A DNA stretch of 64,000 nt from Selaginella moellendorffii (Eukaryota > Plantae > Lycopodiophyta). A model generated the notes under the pieces. The model worked only from the letters and a program-made list of their open reading frames with translations, was not told where the DNA came from and did not search any database. Of this stretch, positions 35,670 through 48,399 are shown one piece after another. Numbering within the stretch: the first letter of the stretch is position 1; the number at the start of each line of letters is the position of its first letter. The DNA lies in the NCBI RefSeq assembly GCF_000143415.4, contig NW_003314353.1, positions 276,140 to 340,139 on the forward strand, written 5' to 3'. The translations under genes and the position numbers were made by a program.

Positions 35670-36611
35670 TCACTCTCTCCTCCCGCCAAGGTGGTGATGG
35701 TGGTGGTGGAGGTGGTGATGGAAATGCTCGTGCCTGTGATGGTAGAGCTCATCTCCATCGCCCTCCTCGTCCCGGAACTTGAGAAGATGACCATCGGCAT
35801 CGTCCACTCGACCCTCCACCACCGGAGACGGATTAAACGTGAGGAGCTGCGAGAACTTGGAGCTAATCGCGTTGTTGTTGTCGCTCTTGTCACTGCTGAT
35901 GCTGCTGTTGCTGACGAGATTGCTGCTAGTGCTGCTCAGGCTGCTGCTGGCCGACTTGGATTTCTTGAAAGTCCGCTTGGTGGCGACGTCGTCCTCGGAG
36001 AGGCAGAGCACCGGAGCCGGGATGAATCGGCTCAGCCTCGCCGCCAGAGCTTCCCTGTACTTCCTTCCTCCGCCACCGCCGCCACCGCCGCTCTTGCAAT
36101 TCTGCGAGGAGCAGCTGAGCGAGACGAGGTTCCTGTTGGTGGTGATGGACGCGGCGGAGGCCTCCTTGAGCGCCTTGTCCAGCTCCTTGGCCACCGAGAG
36201 GAGCTCGAACGAGTCGAAGAGCGACTGGTTTGGATCCCACTTCTGGTGCGCCTTGACGATGGTGTCCCCCGCCGTGTAGCTGCCATTCACTCGCAGAGCC
36301 TCGGCTTTGAAGCGGGACGTTCGCTGCACCACCACCATGGCTCTGTTCCTCACGTCCTCTGGACTGCCATTGCTGTAGTTGCCTCCGCCGCGCTGGTACC
36401 ATGCCCAGGCAGCTGCCTTGCTTCGCGGACTGATCTTCTCGTCGTCGATGTTGGTGTTATTGCCGCTGCTGCTGTTGCTGCTGTTTGAATTCTCGTCCTG
36501 TGATGCCTGCTTGAAAATGTGATCCGTTTCTTGCCTGGCTTTCGCTAGCGCGGCTCCAAAGTCCGTCACGGGCTTCTTCTTCGCGGAGGACTTCTTCTTC
36601 CTCAATCCCAT
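35670..36611 (-). CDS. Uncharacterised plant protein (AAAWAWYQ / SRFK.EA / SLFDSFEL family) with His-rich tail
   Basis: Intronless 313-aa ORF with motifs typical of a land-plant family. Confidence 0.75.
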   Translation of the reverse strand: MGLRKKKSSAKKKPVTDFGAALAKARQETDHIFKQASQDENSNSSNSSSGNNTNIDDEKISPRSKAAAWAWYQRGGGNYSNGSPEDVRNRAMVVVQRTSRFKAEALRVNGSYTAGDTIVKAHQKWDPNQSLFDSFELLSVAKELDKALKEASAASITTNRNLVSLSCSSQNCKSGGGGGGGGRKYREALAARLSRFIPAPVLCLSEDDVATKRTFKKSKSASSSLSSTSSNLVSNSSISSDKSDNNNAISSKFSQLLTFNPSPVVEGRVDDADGHLLKFRDEEGDGDELYHHRHEHFHHHLHHHHHHLGGRRE

Positions 36612-37644
36612 CGCGAGATGGATTCAATTCCCACCTGTCAAGGCTTGCAATGAGATCTCTCAGTACACAGCGAAACTTCTTACCGTGGAGAGAGGAGAGA
36701 GGCGGAGATTTTCTAGCGTATAATATGTGGAGCAACTATCTCCGTAGCGGATGTGGCTGCTGATTAATCCAGAAAAGGAAAAACGGAAGAGTCACGGAAA
36801 TTGGAAATGAAAGACCCACCAAACCATGGACGCAGTCGGGTACCAGACATGGTCGCTTTGATTTTACGAGCGCGGCCCACTTTATTTGCATGGCTCCGTC
36901 CGAATCCGACAAAATTCTCGCGTTCCTTTGATAGGCTAAGTTGCTCCAAACAACAAGTTCCGCGGCTCGCAACAAGATGACAAGCAGTTGCGTCCACGGA
37001 AGCCTGCGAGAGAGAGAGAGAGAGAGAGCATGCGTGAAATCAGAGAAAAGCTGGCTTTTGCAGCGCTCGTAAATAGAGAAAAATCTTTGAATCCTTCAGC
37101 CTCACATTTTTACCTGTCTGAATCGCCTCGCATCGCCTGGTCCGCGTGCCAGAGTGTTGTAAACATCATCACCAGACAAATTTAAAAAACTCTGCAAATT
37201 TAATGCTCGGGCCGCTGCGTAGCAAGAAAAAGTTAAGGCACTGATGAATGAGGATGATAACCAAATTAAGTATGGTATGACAGTACTCGAACTTACAGCA
37301 GTAGTACCATGCGGAGCGCGCAAGATATTTTTCGTACGTCGTTCGTTGGTTTCGATCGAGCGATCTCCAGCATTTGGAATCTGCAGCAGCATCACTGCTC
37401 TCCATTTAGTAAAAAGAAAAGAACAAAAGTAAAATTCTAAGGCTTCTATGAGAACACATCACCTGTGTTTCACTTCACGAGCTTCCGTCGAAGTCCAGGA
37501 AGATTCGAGTTTGGTGAAGCGATACTGAAGAAGGGCCAAAGTCTAGTCTCCTCTCCTGCAGCCACAACAACTTATGATTGGTTATAAAATACAAAGTCAG
37601 TATCTCACCACGTCTGCTCACCACGAGAAGACGATGATCATCAG

Positions 37645-40257
37645 CTAAGGACAGCGTGCCTCGTTAGCTTGAGCGCTCCAGCAAAGATTGGCCATCAGAT
37701 TGTAAGCCGCGTCGATTTTCTCGTTGTTTCCAAGCTGAAGCACAGCATCAAACGCGACCCTCCCTATGGCCAAGTTCCTCCACTTCCAGCACGAAGTGAG
37801 AAGGGTCATCCAGATCACGGCGTCCACTCTGGTCGGAATGGACTTCACCACCTCCAGTGCAGCGGTTAGCTTGTTGGCCCGTCCGAGCATGTCAACCACG
37901 CAAGTGTAATGCTCTACGTCTGGAGGAATACCGAATGTGTGTTCCATCGACTGGAAAAACTCTCGGCCCCTTTCAACCAGACCAGCGTGACTACAGCCCG
38001 TGAGCACGCAGTTCAAGGTGATGCCATCGGCTTTGAAGCTTTCGTCCTGCATTATCTGAAAGACCTTGAAGACCTGTTTAGCATCGCCTTGCCGACCAAA
38101 ACCAACCAAAAGCGCGTTCCAAGCTCCCACCTGTAAGTCCTCAGTCGGTATAAGATCGAAGGCCTGCTGAGCTTCAATCATGCTCCCACATTTTCCGTAG
38201 ACGTCCACCAGAGAGTTTAGGAGAATTCCCCCGTTCCTGTCCAGTCCGTGTAGCCTGACGATATCGCCGTGAACTGCTTTAGCTGCTTTCGCGTCTGCGA
38301 GAGCGGCACATGCTTTGAGTGCCGTGACGAATGTTGACGCATCTGGTTGGCAGCCCGTATGCCCCATCACCGACGAATAAAAATGCAGAGCTAGCTCAGC
38401 TTCACCGTTGTCAACATACCCCAGCATCAAAACGTTCCATAAAACTGTGTCGGGCTTGCGAATCTTGTCGAAAACGCTGCGAGCATCGGCCAGACTGCCA
38501 CAAGTCGCGTACATGTTCACAAGGCTGCTGGCTACGAAACTGTCGACGTCACAAAGGCTTGCCGATGCTTCGGCGTGTATCTGAAAGCCCCTGTTTAGAG
38601 CCTCGGACTTGACAAGCTTTCTGCGACCCTCAACTTTCTGGCCCGTTTCTTTTGTTGCCAGTCCTGTACAGGCCTTAACAGCAGCAACAATAGTGCGAGC
38701 ATTCGGCTGGCCACCATGATCTTTCATCTGCTCAAATAACTCCAGGCCCAGCTGTTCTTCCCCAGCCTCTACGTATCCGAGTATCAACGCAGTCCATGAA
38801 ACAACACCACGATATAGCATTCTGTCGAACACACCACGAGCATCCCACATGCTTCCACATTTTGCGTAAGCATCTACCAGAGTATTCTGGACGTAGATAT
38901 CTGTGTCATACCCCCTGTTCCTCGCGCGAGAGTGTATAGCCATCACTTTTTCTAAACTTGAATTCTTCACAACCTGTCCCCCAACCGAGCTTCCTGTTTC
39001 CTTTCCTGTTAGACCAGCACACGCCTTGAGAGCAGCTACGTAAGTTCTCGAGTCCGGAGTAAAGCCTTCGGTTTCCATCCGTGAGAAGAGCTCTAAAGCC
39101 AGATGGCCTTCACCGTTTTCCGCATAGCCAAGTAGCAGCGCGTTCCATGACACTGCTGTTTTACTCTGCATCCTGTCAAAGACCCTGCTTGCATCCACAA
39201 GGCTGCCACACTTCGCGTACATGTCAATCAAAGTGCTTCCCAGCAAAAGATCCGAGTCCATACCTGCTTTTGTAGCTTGCCAGTGAAGAGCTCTTCCTTT
39301 CTCCAAGTTCTTGAGCTTGAGAAACTTCCCTTCGTCGTTGGCTGCCACACTGCTACAGGCCTTCAACGCAGCAGTGTAAGTGAGAGCATTTGGAGCACAG
39401 CCTCTCTGCTGCATTTCGGAGAACACCAGCAAAGCCAGGCTCCCTTCACCGCTTTGTACGTAGCCGAGGATCAACGAGTTCCACGAAACAACGCTGTGGC
39501 AAGGCATCAAGTCGAACACCCTGTGAGCATCCTCCAGGCTCCCACACTTCGCATACATGTCAACCAAAGAAGTCGAGATAAACACGTCTCCACAGCGCAA
39601 AACTCTAGAATGCACAGACATACCTCTCTTGAGCGATGTGGTCTTCTTCACCACCGAAGAAAAACTCTCGCCATCTTCCTTCTCGGCCAAGCAAGAACAC
39701 GCCTTGATCGCGGCAACTAGAGTCCAGGCATCCGGCTCACAGTCCATGCACGACGAGAAGATCTCCAAGCCCAGCTCTGGATCACCATTCTCGACGTAGC
39801 CCATCAAGAGGACGTTCCAAGAGACCACCGTGCGAGCTCCCATGGCGTCGAAAACACTCCTGGCATCCACCATGCTCCAGCACTTCGCGTACATATCCAC
39901 CAGTGTGTTCTCCACGTAGATACCAGCCAAGAATCCTCTTCTCAGTGCCTCGGCGTGGAGAGCCTTCCCCTTTCTAAGATCCCTGGCGCTACTGCAAGCC
40001 CGGAGCTCGCAAATAAATCTCGACCTGGATCTATTGCCACTGGAAATCCTCGCAATCGATGCTTCTTCTTCACTGTTGCTCCAAATCTTTGCGATTTCTT
40101 TATTCACAGATGCTTCTTCTTCCCGATTCTTCAATGGAGCCGCGATCGCGATCGATTCTTGGCTAGTTCCCGATCCTTTTGCCGCGATGGAGGAGCTGAG
40201 CGATCGAAATCCAGCGCTGGAGTGTCGCTTGGACCTACATTTGCTCCAGGGAACCAT
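37645..40257 (-). CDS. PLS-class pentatricopeptide repeat protein with partial E domain
   Basis: Repeated LVDMYAKCGS..DA..VFD.M...VVSWN motifs; PDVEHYTCVVDMLGRA; no DYW domain. Confidence 0.95.
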   Translation of the reverse strand: MVPWSKCRSKRHSSAGFRSLSSSIAAKGSGTSQESIAIAAPLKNREEEASVNKEIAKIWSNSEEEASIARISSGNRSRSRFICELRACSSARDLRKGKALHAEALRRGFLAGIYVENTLVDMYAKCWSMVDARSVFDAMGARTVVSWNVLLMGYVENGDPELGLEIFSSCMDCEPDAWTLVAAIKACSCLAEKEDGESFSSVVKKTTSLKRGMSVHSRVLRCGDVFISTSLVDMYAKCGSLEDAHRVFDLMPCHSVVSWNSLILGYVQSGEGSLALLVFSEMQQRGCAPNALTYTAALKACSSVAANDEGKFLKLKNLEKGRALHWQATKAGMDSDLLLGSTLIDMYAKCGSLVDASRVFDRMQSKTAVSWNALLLGYAENGEGHLALELFSRMETEGFTPDSRTYVAALKACAGLTGKETGSSVGGQVVKNSSLEKVMAIHSRARNRGYDTDIYVQNTLVDAYAKCGSMWDARGVFDRMLYRGVVSWTALILGYVEAGEEQLGLELFEQMKDHGGQPNARTIVAAVKACTGLATKETGQKVEGRRKLVKSEALNRGFQIHAEASASLCDVDSFVASSLVNMYATCGSLADARSVFDKIRKPDTVLWNVLMLGYVDNGEAELALHFYSSVMGHTGCQPDASTFVTALKACAALADAKAAKAVHGDIVRLHGLDRNGGILLNSLVDVYGKCGSMIEAQQAFDLIPTEDLQVGAWNALLVGFGRQGDAKQVFKVFQIMQDESFKADGITLNCVLTGCSHAGLVERGREFFQSMEHTFGIPPDVEHYTCVVDMLGRANKLTAALEVVKSIPTRVDAVIWMTLLTSCWKWRNLAIGRVAFDAVLQLGNNEKIDAAYNLMANLCWSAQANEARCP

Positions 40258-40381
40258 AAACCCTGGAGAATCCTTCTTGATTCCTGGATCCTTTCCTTCA
40301 CTGCTTACCGATCTTTCTGCCTCGATCTATGCGCGACAGCGGCCCAAGAGTGAGGAAATATTTTAGGGTTTATGCGAAGAG

Positions 40382-42282
40382 ATGGCCGCATTGTCTAGCC
40401 CAGCGGCTTTTCGCGGGAGGCGGCTGGAATCCTCGTCCACAGCGCAGGCGCACAGCTCCAAGAAGGATCAGGTACGCGTTCCTCGCAAGCGCGGCTGCTC
40501 GAATGGAATCGCCGCAAAGAAAGACGCCAGCGAGAGATTTCCATCGCGATCGGGCAAGCGCCCCAAGTGGGAGCTGTTTGGAGGCGCTGCAGCTGTTCTT
40601 GGCGGTAGCAGCATTGCGGCTTTCGGATTATCCAAGCTGGGATTCGGCTCTGGTTCCTCGGATTTTGGAAATCCCGAGATAGGAAGTGGAGGAAGTGGAG
40701 GAGCAAGGAATAGCGGTCGTGGCGGTGGTCGTGGCGGTGGCGGCGGTGGCAGTAGAGGGAACGAAGCCACTCTTCACAGGCCTGTGCTTGGCGAAAACAA
40801 AGAAGAAGATAGCAAAGAAGAACGAGGAAAGGGTCTCGTGGAAGAGGTTGCGTCTTCGGTAATCGAGCAATTGTCTCGCAGCGACAATCTTGCGAAAGCT
40901 TCCGAGGTATGATCTTTCTTCTTTTTGTTCCTGGAACTCATCTTTTTTCTTTCTTTCCAGACTGGAGCACTCAAGAGACTCCAAAAGGAAGCATTCACGG
41001 ATATTATGAAGCTGCGTGAAAAGTTTGAGAAGCTCGAGCTCGGCCTGTCTACGAAGGATTTTTCGAGTGGTCTTGAAAGAACAACGATCAAAGGCAGGGT
41101 GGCTGCAGGAGGAGCTTTCGTGCTCATGCAGGATTCAAGTAGCTACAACTCACGCTCGGCATTGGAGCAGTCTGGGCTCCCAGCCGGGCTCGAGGCAGAG
41201 TTTACTTTCCAGACGGCTTTTCGGGACGACAATGATCTACTGACGACGAAATGTGTGTCCGGGGATGGTGGCTTCGGTACTAGTGGCCTTGGAGGACCAA
41301 TTCGACTTGCGAAGATTTCTTACGCAACAAAAGTTACGGACGAGACGAAGTTTTCTTTGGTTCCTCTGGGTGCTCAAGCTACGGACATGACAGAAGTTGT
41401 GAATCCTCTCCAGGTAAAGCACAGATTTTCTTTGAGGCTAACATTTTATGGTTTTTGGTGTTCAAGGGCGAGGCACTGACAAAGTTTACGAGCTCTGGTC
41501 CTTCTCTCTTCAGCCACTGCAAAGGCTCCGCAATCGGTGCAACTTACAGGAGCTCAAACACGCTCGCCTCTCTGTCAGAGTACATCTCCGGCTGGGGCGA
41601 TTCGAACGGACTTCTCTGCCTGAGTACGCTCGCGCAGTTTATCCATCAGCCGACCGAGCAGCTAGCGCTCTCTCTCTCCGCGCTCAACCGCTTCTGGCCG
41701 AGTCCACCACTGCCGTCGGCAACTGGTTTACACTGGAGCGAGATGAAGCCTTTCGTCCTCTCAAAGTCCCTGCGCTCATCGGGTGTAGATACAATGAGAA
41801 CGTCAGGCTCAAGCTCCGTTTCTCAAGCGCTCAGCAACGGAGATAGGTGGAGTTTAGAGGCTCCGGCATACGAACCGAAAGGCACTGCGATGCAAGCGTT
41901 TGCCATGTCGGGAGAGATGGACCTTGGCGGAGGTGCTTGTCTCGGAGGCTGGCTACAGATGGAAAGAGGCGACTGGTTACAGGATGACGATCAGAAAAAG
42001 CTGGTGTGGTCTCTAAGTCTGGCACAGGAGGCGTCAGTGGACAGTGTGGGCTGGGGAGTCAGTCTCGGACGATCGAGACGAGATTTCTGGAGCTCCCTCA
42101 AGGACGAGGAGTCGGATGTCATAGGAAGGCAGGCCGAGGTGTCGTCTACGCAGTTCCAAGTGGAAGCGTTTCTGAAGTATGACTTTGGACAACGATTTAC
42201 GCTCCAGCCCGGGTTGTTGTATGTCCTCAACAAACAATGCCAGACACCGGCTTTGATGGTCAAGGGTGAGTGGAAGCTGTGA
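40382..42282 (+). CDS. Putative plastid envelope beta-barrel protein resembling cyanobacterial SomA/OprB-type porins; exons 40382-40906, 40961-41413, 41467-42282
   Basis: Transit-like N-terminus and Gly-rich linker; LKRLQKEAFTDIMKLREKFEKLE...TTIKGRV; C-terminal QVEAFLKYDFGQRFTLQPGLLYV...LMVKGEWKL; two in-phase GT-AG introns. Confidence 0.7.
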
Positions 42283-42818
42283 CGAAGAACAAGGTTATTT
42301 TCTTTATTTCTTTCTTTCTTTCTTTCGTTTTTTTCCTTTTGAACGTCCCGATCAACGCCACCGTCGGAAAGACGAACAAGAGTTTACTTTTGCAAGCTCC
42401 ACGAGGTACGTAGGAGCTTGAAGTTTTGTTTCTTTGGCATTTGACCTTTATATCTCTGGTGTCTCTGCAGTAAGTAAACAAGAGATCTCTTCCTATAGCT
42501 TGTGCGTACTGAACTCTAGCGCCGCCTGAGGAGAAGTTTTTGAGACATGAATCGCAAGGTTTTGTCACTTTTTTTTTTTTTTTTGCTTCTAAATTCTGAG
42601 ATTTCTAGATTCAGTCTTGGAATGACGCTGTGTGGCCAAGCTCAGGTGCGAAGAAAGAAAAGAATTACTTATTTCGAGTTTGTCAATCGCCAACTTCTTT
42701 CTTTTTTTTTTTTTCTTTCAGGCGCGTTTTTTGCTTCAAATTTTTGGAAAGACTCTCTTTTATAGAATAAAAAGAGCCAACTTTTGGAGATGGACTCTGG
42801 TTTTTAGGGCTCCTCGCG

Positions 42819-45800
42819 ATGGCTGCTCCTGGGTCGTTGCTGCTTTCCCGTCTCATGGGAAGGGAAAGCAACGACCAAACTGATGAAACAGATGCCCGCA
42901 TTTTCATCTCTGGAACTTCTCTCAAGGTGTCTAATCCTCCTCTCAGCTCCGATGGTAAGATTTTCTACTCTTTTTGTTTCCTTTCCCGATTAACCCTGCA
43001 TTGTTTTTATTTTGTTTGCAGGTTGTAGCGAGCTGTTGCAAGCAGTGGAAAAGAGCCAAACTGTGATCACGGAGATCGATCTTTCCGGTATTTGTTCGTG
43101 TGATAGAAACTCTATCTTCTACTCTTATTTTCCTCTTCTTTTACAAGGATGCAATATCAGCAAAGCAGATGAGCTAGCAGAACTTATCAGAAGCTGTGAA
43201 CACCTCCAAAGGTTTGCATCTATGATTTAGATTCTATCTTTCTTTCAAATTTAATGTACGTATGTAGACTCCTGCTGGAAGGTAACAGCATCGGATTAGC
43301 TCGCACCGGGATATTATCTCTAACATCGGCTATTGCTCTCAGCTCCACTCTCACGGAGGTAATTCTTCTGCTTGTCGTTCCCCCTTATTATTTCTGCTTC
43401 TGTTTTCTTCATAAGCTGGATCTGCGAAACAACAGAATAGGGCCGTCTTTCGCTGCTGCTTTGGCAAATGCTCTTCGTGGGACTCGTTCCCTCTGCTTCA
43501 TAGGTACCTAAGGTTTTTCTCCTTTGTGGATTTTTCCGCGCCGAGACTATATTACTTGCAGACCTTAGATGGAATTCTTTAGGTCCCAGTGGTGCTGCAG
43601 CTTTTATCAACTTGCTTCAAAAGAATCCGATTCTAGCTGGGATCCAACTTGCTGGCAACGGAATCCCTCAGAAACTTTTGTCAGAGATTGGTAAGTTCCT
43701 CAAAGAGACTGTTCGAGATTTGTTTTATTTGGTTGTTTTAGATAAACTTGTTGAGGATAATCGTGCCAACTGTGTGACACCTCAAGTTCGAGCTCACGTA
43801 CCACACCCGCTTGAGGTTAGCAATACCATTCATTTCACATTAAGCTTAAGCTATAATTGTTTAGGAGGAATTCAAGTGGGAGAACCGAGAAGGCATGAAA
43901 GCAATTTATTCGGGACGAATTGCTGCAATGGTGGAAGAGATAAACAACCTGAAATCTCATGTGGTGCGTGTTTTTATGTTCTCTAATTTTATGGAAATCG
44001 GCGGTCAAACTACACAGGACTTGTTGAAAAAAGAAAAGGAAGATACAAAGCTGGAAGTGTTGGAAGCTGAAAACCACGTCAAGGTTCTTCACAGACTTTC
44101 TAGCTCAACTTGATATGCTAACAGATTCATTCCAGGCTCTTAAGCTTGAGCTTACAGAGGAAGCACTCTTGAGAAAGTACGCCGACAAGGAAGCGAATCA
44201 AGTGAAGGAAGAGTTATACGCTACACAACAAGTACGGGATCATAACCTCTTCTCCTTTGTTTGTTACTTATTTGTAGTAATTCAGAAACTCGCTCGTGCT
44301 GAGGAAAAGCTAGCTGAAGATGCTCGAGTTGCCAGTAGCACTGCAGAAGCGCACAATGTGAGTAGGATGATTTCTTCCTCGTTTTTTTATTTATTTCTTT
44401 TGCTTCTTTTTCTTGTTATTGGTTAATCTGTTTACAGGCTGCTCTTGCAGAAGCTGGAAAAAGGGTGAAGGCTGCAGAAGAAAGATATGACGCAGTAGTA
44501 TCAGAAAATATTTCTTTGAAAGATCAGGTTCATTTGTCCTATTCTGAAGTGAGTTTTGAAGCATTTTGAACTTTTCGCAGATTGCATGCAACAAAAACGA
44601 GCACTTGATGCAGCTCCGGTCAGTTCAGGGTAAGCAATTGGTGGTGGGCAACTCTAACACTCTTGGACTTCTACAGAAAATGCTGCTACCGAACAGCACA
44701 ACGCCATGTCTAATGTCAAGAGGCTCGACTTTGAGCACAGAGCGAGCATCGAAGCACACGCAAAAGAGGTGTTTCTTTAAGCTATAAATTTATGGGAACC
44801 AAAACATTTCTATGGAAGGTTATGAGGATGCAAGCGGAATTTGAGGCAGAGATTAAACGCGTCAATGGAGAGAAGGAAGCTGCGCTACGAGTGGGTGTTC
44901 GAAATTTTTATAAAGTTCCAACTTTTGCTGCTGTTCTTATTAACAGGAAGTTGAGGCGTTGAAATCGATGACCTCGGCCCTTGAAATGCAATTTGCAGCA
45001 AAGGAGAAGGCCCTCCAACTGGAAAAGGTACCAAATTTTCCTCGCTTTCTTTTCTTGACATAATACCTCTCGCTTCAGGAGCAAACAGAGCAAGTTTTGC
45101 AGGCCCGGGTGGCAAACGTAAAATCTGAAATGGAATCGCTGCAGGTAGCGTAAAATTTTTATCCAAGATGGCTTGTTTAGTTCTAGCGCTGCAGGCTGAA
45201 CTTGACAATATGCGAAGAGAAGTTTCAAAGGCCAGAAAGGTGGCTTTAGTTTCCTACGTGGTTATTATTTTTCATATGTATGGGTTTTTGTCCAGAAACA
45301 TACCTCTGAAATCGAAGAGTACGAGACAAAGATCGCTCAAAGCAGAACTTTGCAGCATCGCATGGAGCTGGCCAAGTCCGACTTGGAAGAGAGAATTTTC
45401 GCACTCACCAGTGACAAGGCATGGACGAAGTATTTTCTCATGGTCACAAAATTTTATTTTTTCTCTTTCTCTTTCCAGGTCCAGCTAGAGGAAAAAAGTA
45501 AGCTAGCAGAGGACAGAGAAAGGCTTTTGGAGAAGAAAATGGAGCTTGAAAAGCTCAAGTATGCAGAGCAGACTTCCGGAGAGATTTCTAGAGTAAGTCA
45601 GGGAAACATCTTGTGAAAGTTTGATGATCAAATCCACTTTTCAGCATATAGAAGAGAAACGACGCATCGACGGAGAGCTACAGAGTGCAAGGATCCAACT
45701 CCACAACATGCGGAATTCTCTTGAAGAGGTTTAAAGCTCTTGTTTCCAAAATGATCTAACATCGTTTCACGTTTTTTTCTGTTCAGCTGCAAGCCGAGCA

Positions 45801-45939
45801 GGAACGAAGGAAAGTAGAGGTGGAAAAACGCGTCCTGGGTGTGGAAACGCAATTTATCGATTGCATCCGTCAACAGTTTGCTGGCCTGAGAAACTCCCAG
45901 TCACATAGGTATGTGTTAAGCAGCAATGGTTTCAGTTAG
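42819..45939 (+). CDS. LRRC45-like protein (RI-type LRRs + long coiled coil), many short exons; 3' end approximate
   Basis: LLLEGNSIG, LDLRNNRIG, DLRWNSLG and LAGNGIP, then E/K/Q-rich heptad exons. Confidence 0.7.
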
Positions 45940-46830
45940 TTTCTATTGTCCCAGGATCGAAGCTTATGGTAACTTATGATCTTGGCAAACCTCCACGGCT
46001 CTGCCCAACGCTTGCAGCGATCATAACTCTCCTCGAGCATGGGATTGACGGCGTAGCACTCCTCGGTGGTCGTCCCAGCTTATGTACTCTTGTGGCTCTA
46101 TATGGCACGCTAATGCTATCCGGGTGTAGTCCGCGGAAGGGACTGATGATTCCATTTTAGTTTAGAGGACATTTATAGAAAATTCCATACAGTTCTAAGG
46201 TTTTCAACTTAGCATACCATTGGTATCAAACAATGTAAAATATTATATTTGAACCTTTAAGTGATTTTAATGCTTTTTTCTTCCAATATCCATTACTAGG
46301 TTTCCTAGATTAAAATCCATTTCTTCTCTAAACAATTCTTCTCCAGATAAATTTGCTTGTCTGTATGGTGTATGGGATGTTCTTCATAGCTTACTTAATC
46401 TGCTCAAATTTTGATGAAGCCAAGGTGCCTGAGAAACTTACATGGTAAGAGGGTTGACAATGTTGCGGCTCGATTTCTCATGGTGATACTCTCTCCTGTC
46501 TTTCATTTGTCTGCTGCTAAGAGCTAATTCAATCATATCTGCAAACAGTGCTATTTGGAGTTGATCCACCTATCCGAGTCAATATCTCCCACCCCAGTTA
46601 TACTTCCTTCCCATATATCTAGAGCAAACTATTGTTGATCAATGTGTCATATGGAAAAGTGACAGCTTACCATCTCTCTGATAACTCCTCTGTTTCGAAC
46701 CTCATCTTAAATTGCATCCGGACAGACAAGTTGTGAGTAAAAGCCTTGACATACTTGTGGTAGGCAACGAACTTTACTCTGCATAGAGAAAACAAGTGAG
46801 TTGTCTGTTCAGTCGAGTTTAATCATGCTG

Positions 46831-46902
46831 CTAGCAAATAAAGGATTTAATCACTCAATCTCCTGAACAGGAAATTGAGTGATTAAATCCTTTATTTACT
46901 AG
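46831..46902. repeat. 72-bp near-perfect palindrome (35-bp arms, 2-nt loop)
   Basis: CTAGCAAATAAAGGATTTAATCACTCAATCTCCTG-AA-CAGGAAATTGAGTGATTAAATCCTTTATTTACTAG. Confidence 0.9.
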
Positions 46903-47474
46903 TTGTAGGAAAGTTAGGTTCTGTTTTTTGAGGCTCGATTCTCTAGAGTGAGCAATTACCACACCTTTTGCAAAGTCATTACCAGATCTATGAGTTGGTA
47001 GAAGTTGAGAGGGATGAATTATGCGACTTCCATGGATCCAAATGTTGTGAATGCATAAAAGCAATGTCTTCTTCCTTATTTGCCTTCTCAGAGCTATAGG
47101 AGGGTGGAAATTGTTGTGTGTGAATGAGGGTGCTAGCACACACTCCAATGTAAGAAAGAAGAGAAAAGTAGCTTATCCATGTTGAAAGCCTATATTGATC
47201 TCCAATGTATAGAGTTATATATCTTAACATTACACCCACACACAAACTCACTTTCAAACCACTACTTTATCCATGTAACATCTTGCTCCTCATAAAATCA
47301 CAACTTGTTCTATCATAAATATCATTCTTCTTTATATCATTTTGAAAATTAACTAATCTATAATGAATGCGCATTACACTTTTGAAATATGTTTAGGACC
47401 AGTATTGTTGCTTTCATAAGAAAGAACTTTTGGCATTTCTTGTTACACACAGTCTTAAATAGTAACAATTATTA

Positions 47475-47477
<3 letters not shown>

Positions 47478-47541
<64 letters not shown>
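47478..47541. repeat. (AT)n microsatellite
   Basis: About 32 uninterrupted AT units. Confidence 0.98.
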
Positions 47542-47543
<2 letters not shown>

Positions 47544-48017
47544 TTAGATTAATTATTGCAAGAACTTATTTTAAATCTTATTAAGTAAAATTAAGCACTT
47601 GAATTTAAAAATCCCATGAAATCATCCAACTCAATATTATTTAAACTCAAAAACACTTAAAACCAAATATCACATGACCCTTAATCAATTGTATTGGCCC
47701 TTTCTCTCTATAACTCTAATAAATTGTCTCTCAATAATGCTTCTTTACAAGTTCATGCCCCTATAAACATAAATTAAAAGCCATACATGTTCATGCCCTT
47801 ATGAACATAAGCTAAGAGCCATAACTTTCTTAAATGCCTCACTTTGAATAATTTAAATATATGATATGATTCCCTTAACCAACAAATAGAATTAAACCCA
47901 AAACACTTTTAATACCAAATATAAATATTTTAAGGAAAACTTTATATAGTTCCCAATATCCTAAAGTTATTCTTTTATCAACCCCTTTTTTATTACAATT
48001 CTTACAAACTCATGTAT

Positions 48018-48100
48018 TGTAGCGTAAGTGATCATGGGATGAGATTTAAATATATTCTTACAGTAGATGCTTAAAATCTTAAGTAATAAATAGGGATATT
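48018..48100 (+). mobile_element. Partial, decayed LTR of the same TRIM family as 22292-23015
   Basis: TGTAGCGTAAGTGATCATGGGATGAGATTT matches the TRIM LTR 5' end read on the minus strand. Confidence 0.65.
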
Positions 48101-48399
48101 TCATTCTATATGATGCTTTCAAATATTCAAAGTGCCATTTGAATCAAGTTTTTGAATTTAAAATATATATAAAATAGAAAACAAGCCTTATTGGGAGTAT
48201 TGTGATAGATATGCTATAGTGGGTCCTTAGCAAAATTATAATGGATTCTATAGGGAAATAGCTAAATCAATTTGACCATTGTACACATGGTAATAGAATT
48301 GTGATCTTTTTTATCAATCTTAGAATGTTGTAAGAATAGAAAAAACAAGTTAAACACTTAAAAATGAAAAATATATAAGTAAAACAATTGATTTTGAGA

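Noticed and set aside
46300-47100. Minus-strand exon-like fragments with splice signals
   Set aside because: Could not assemble a recognisable protein; left unannotated.
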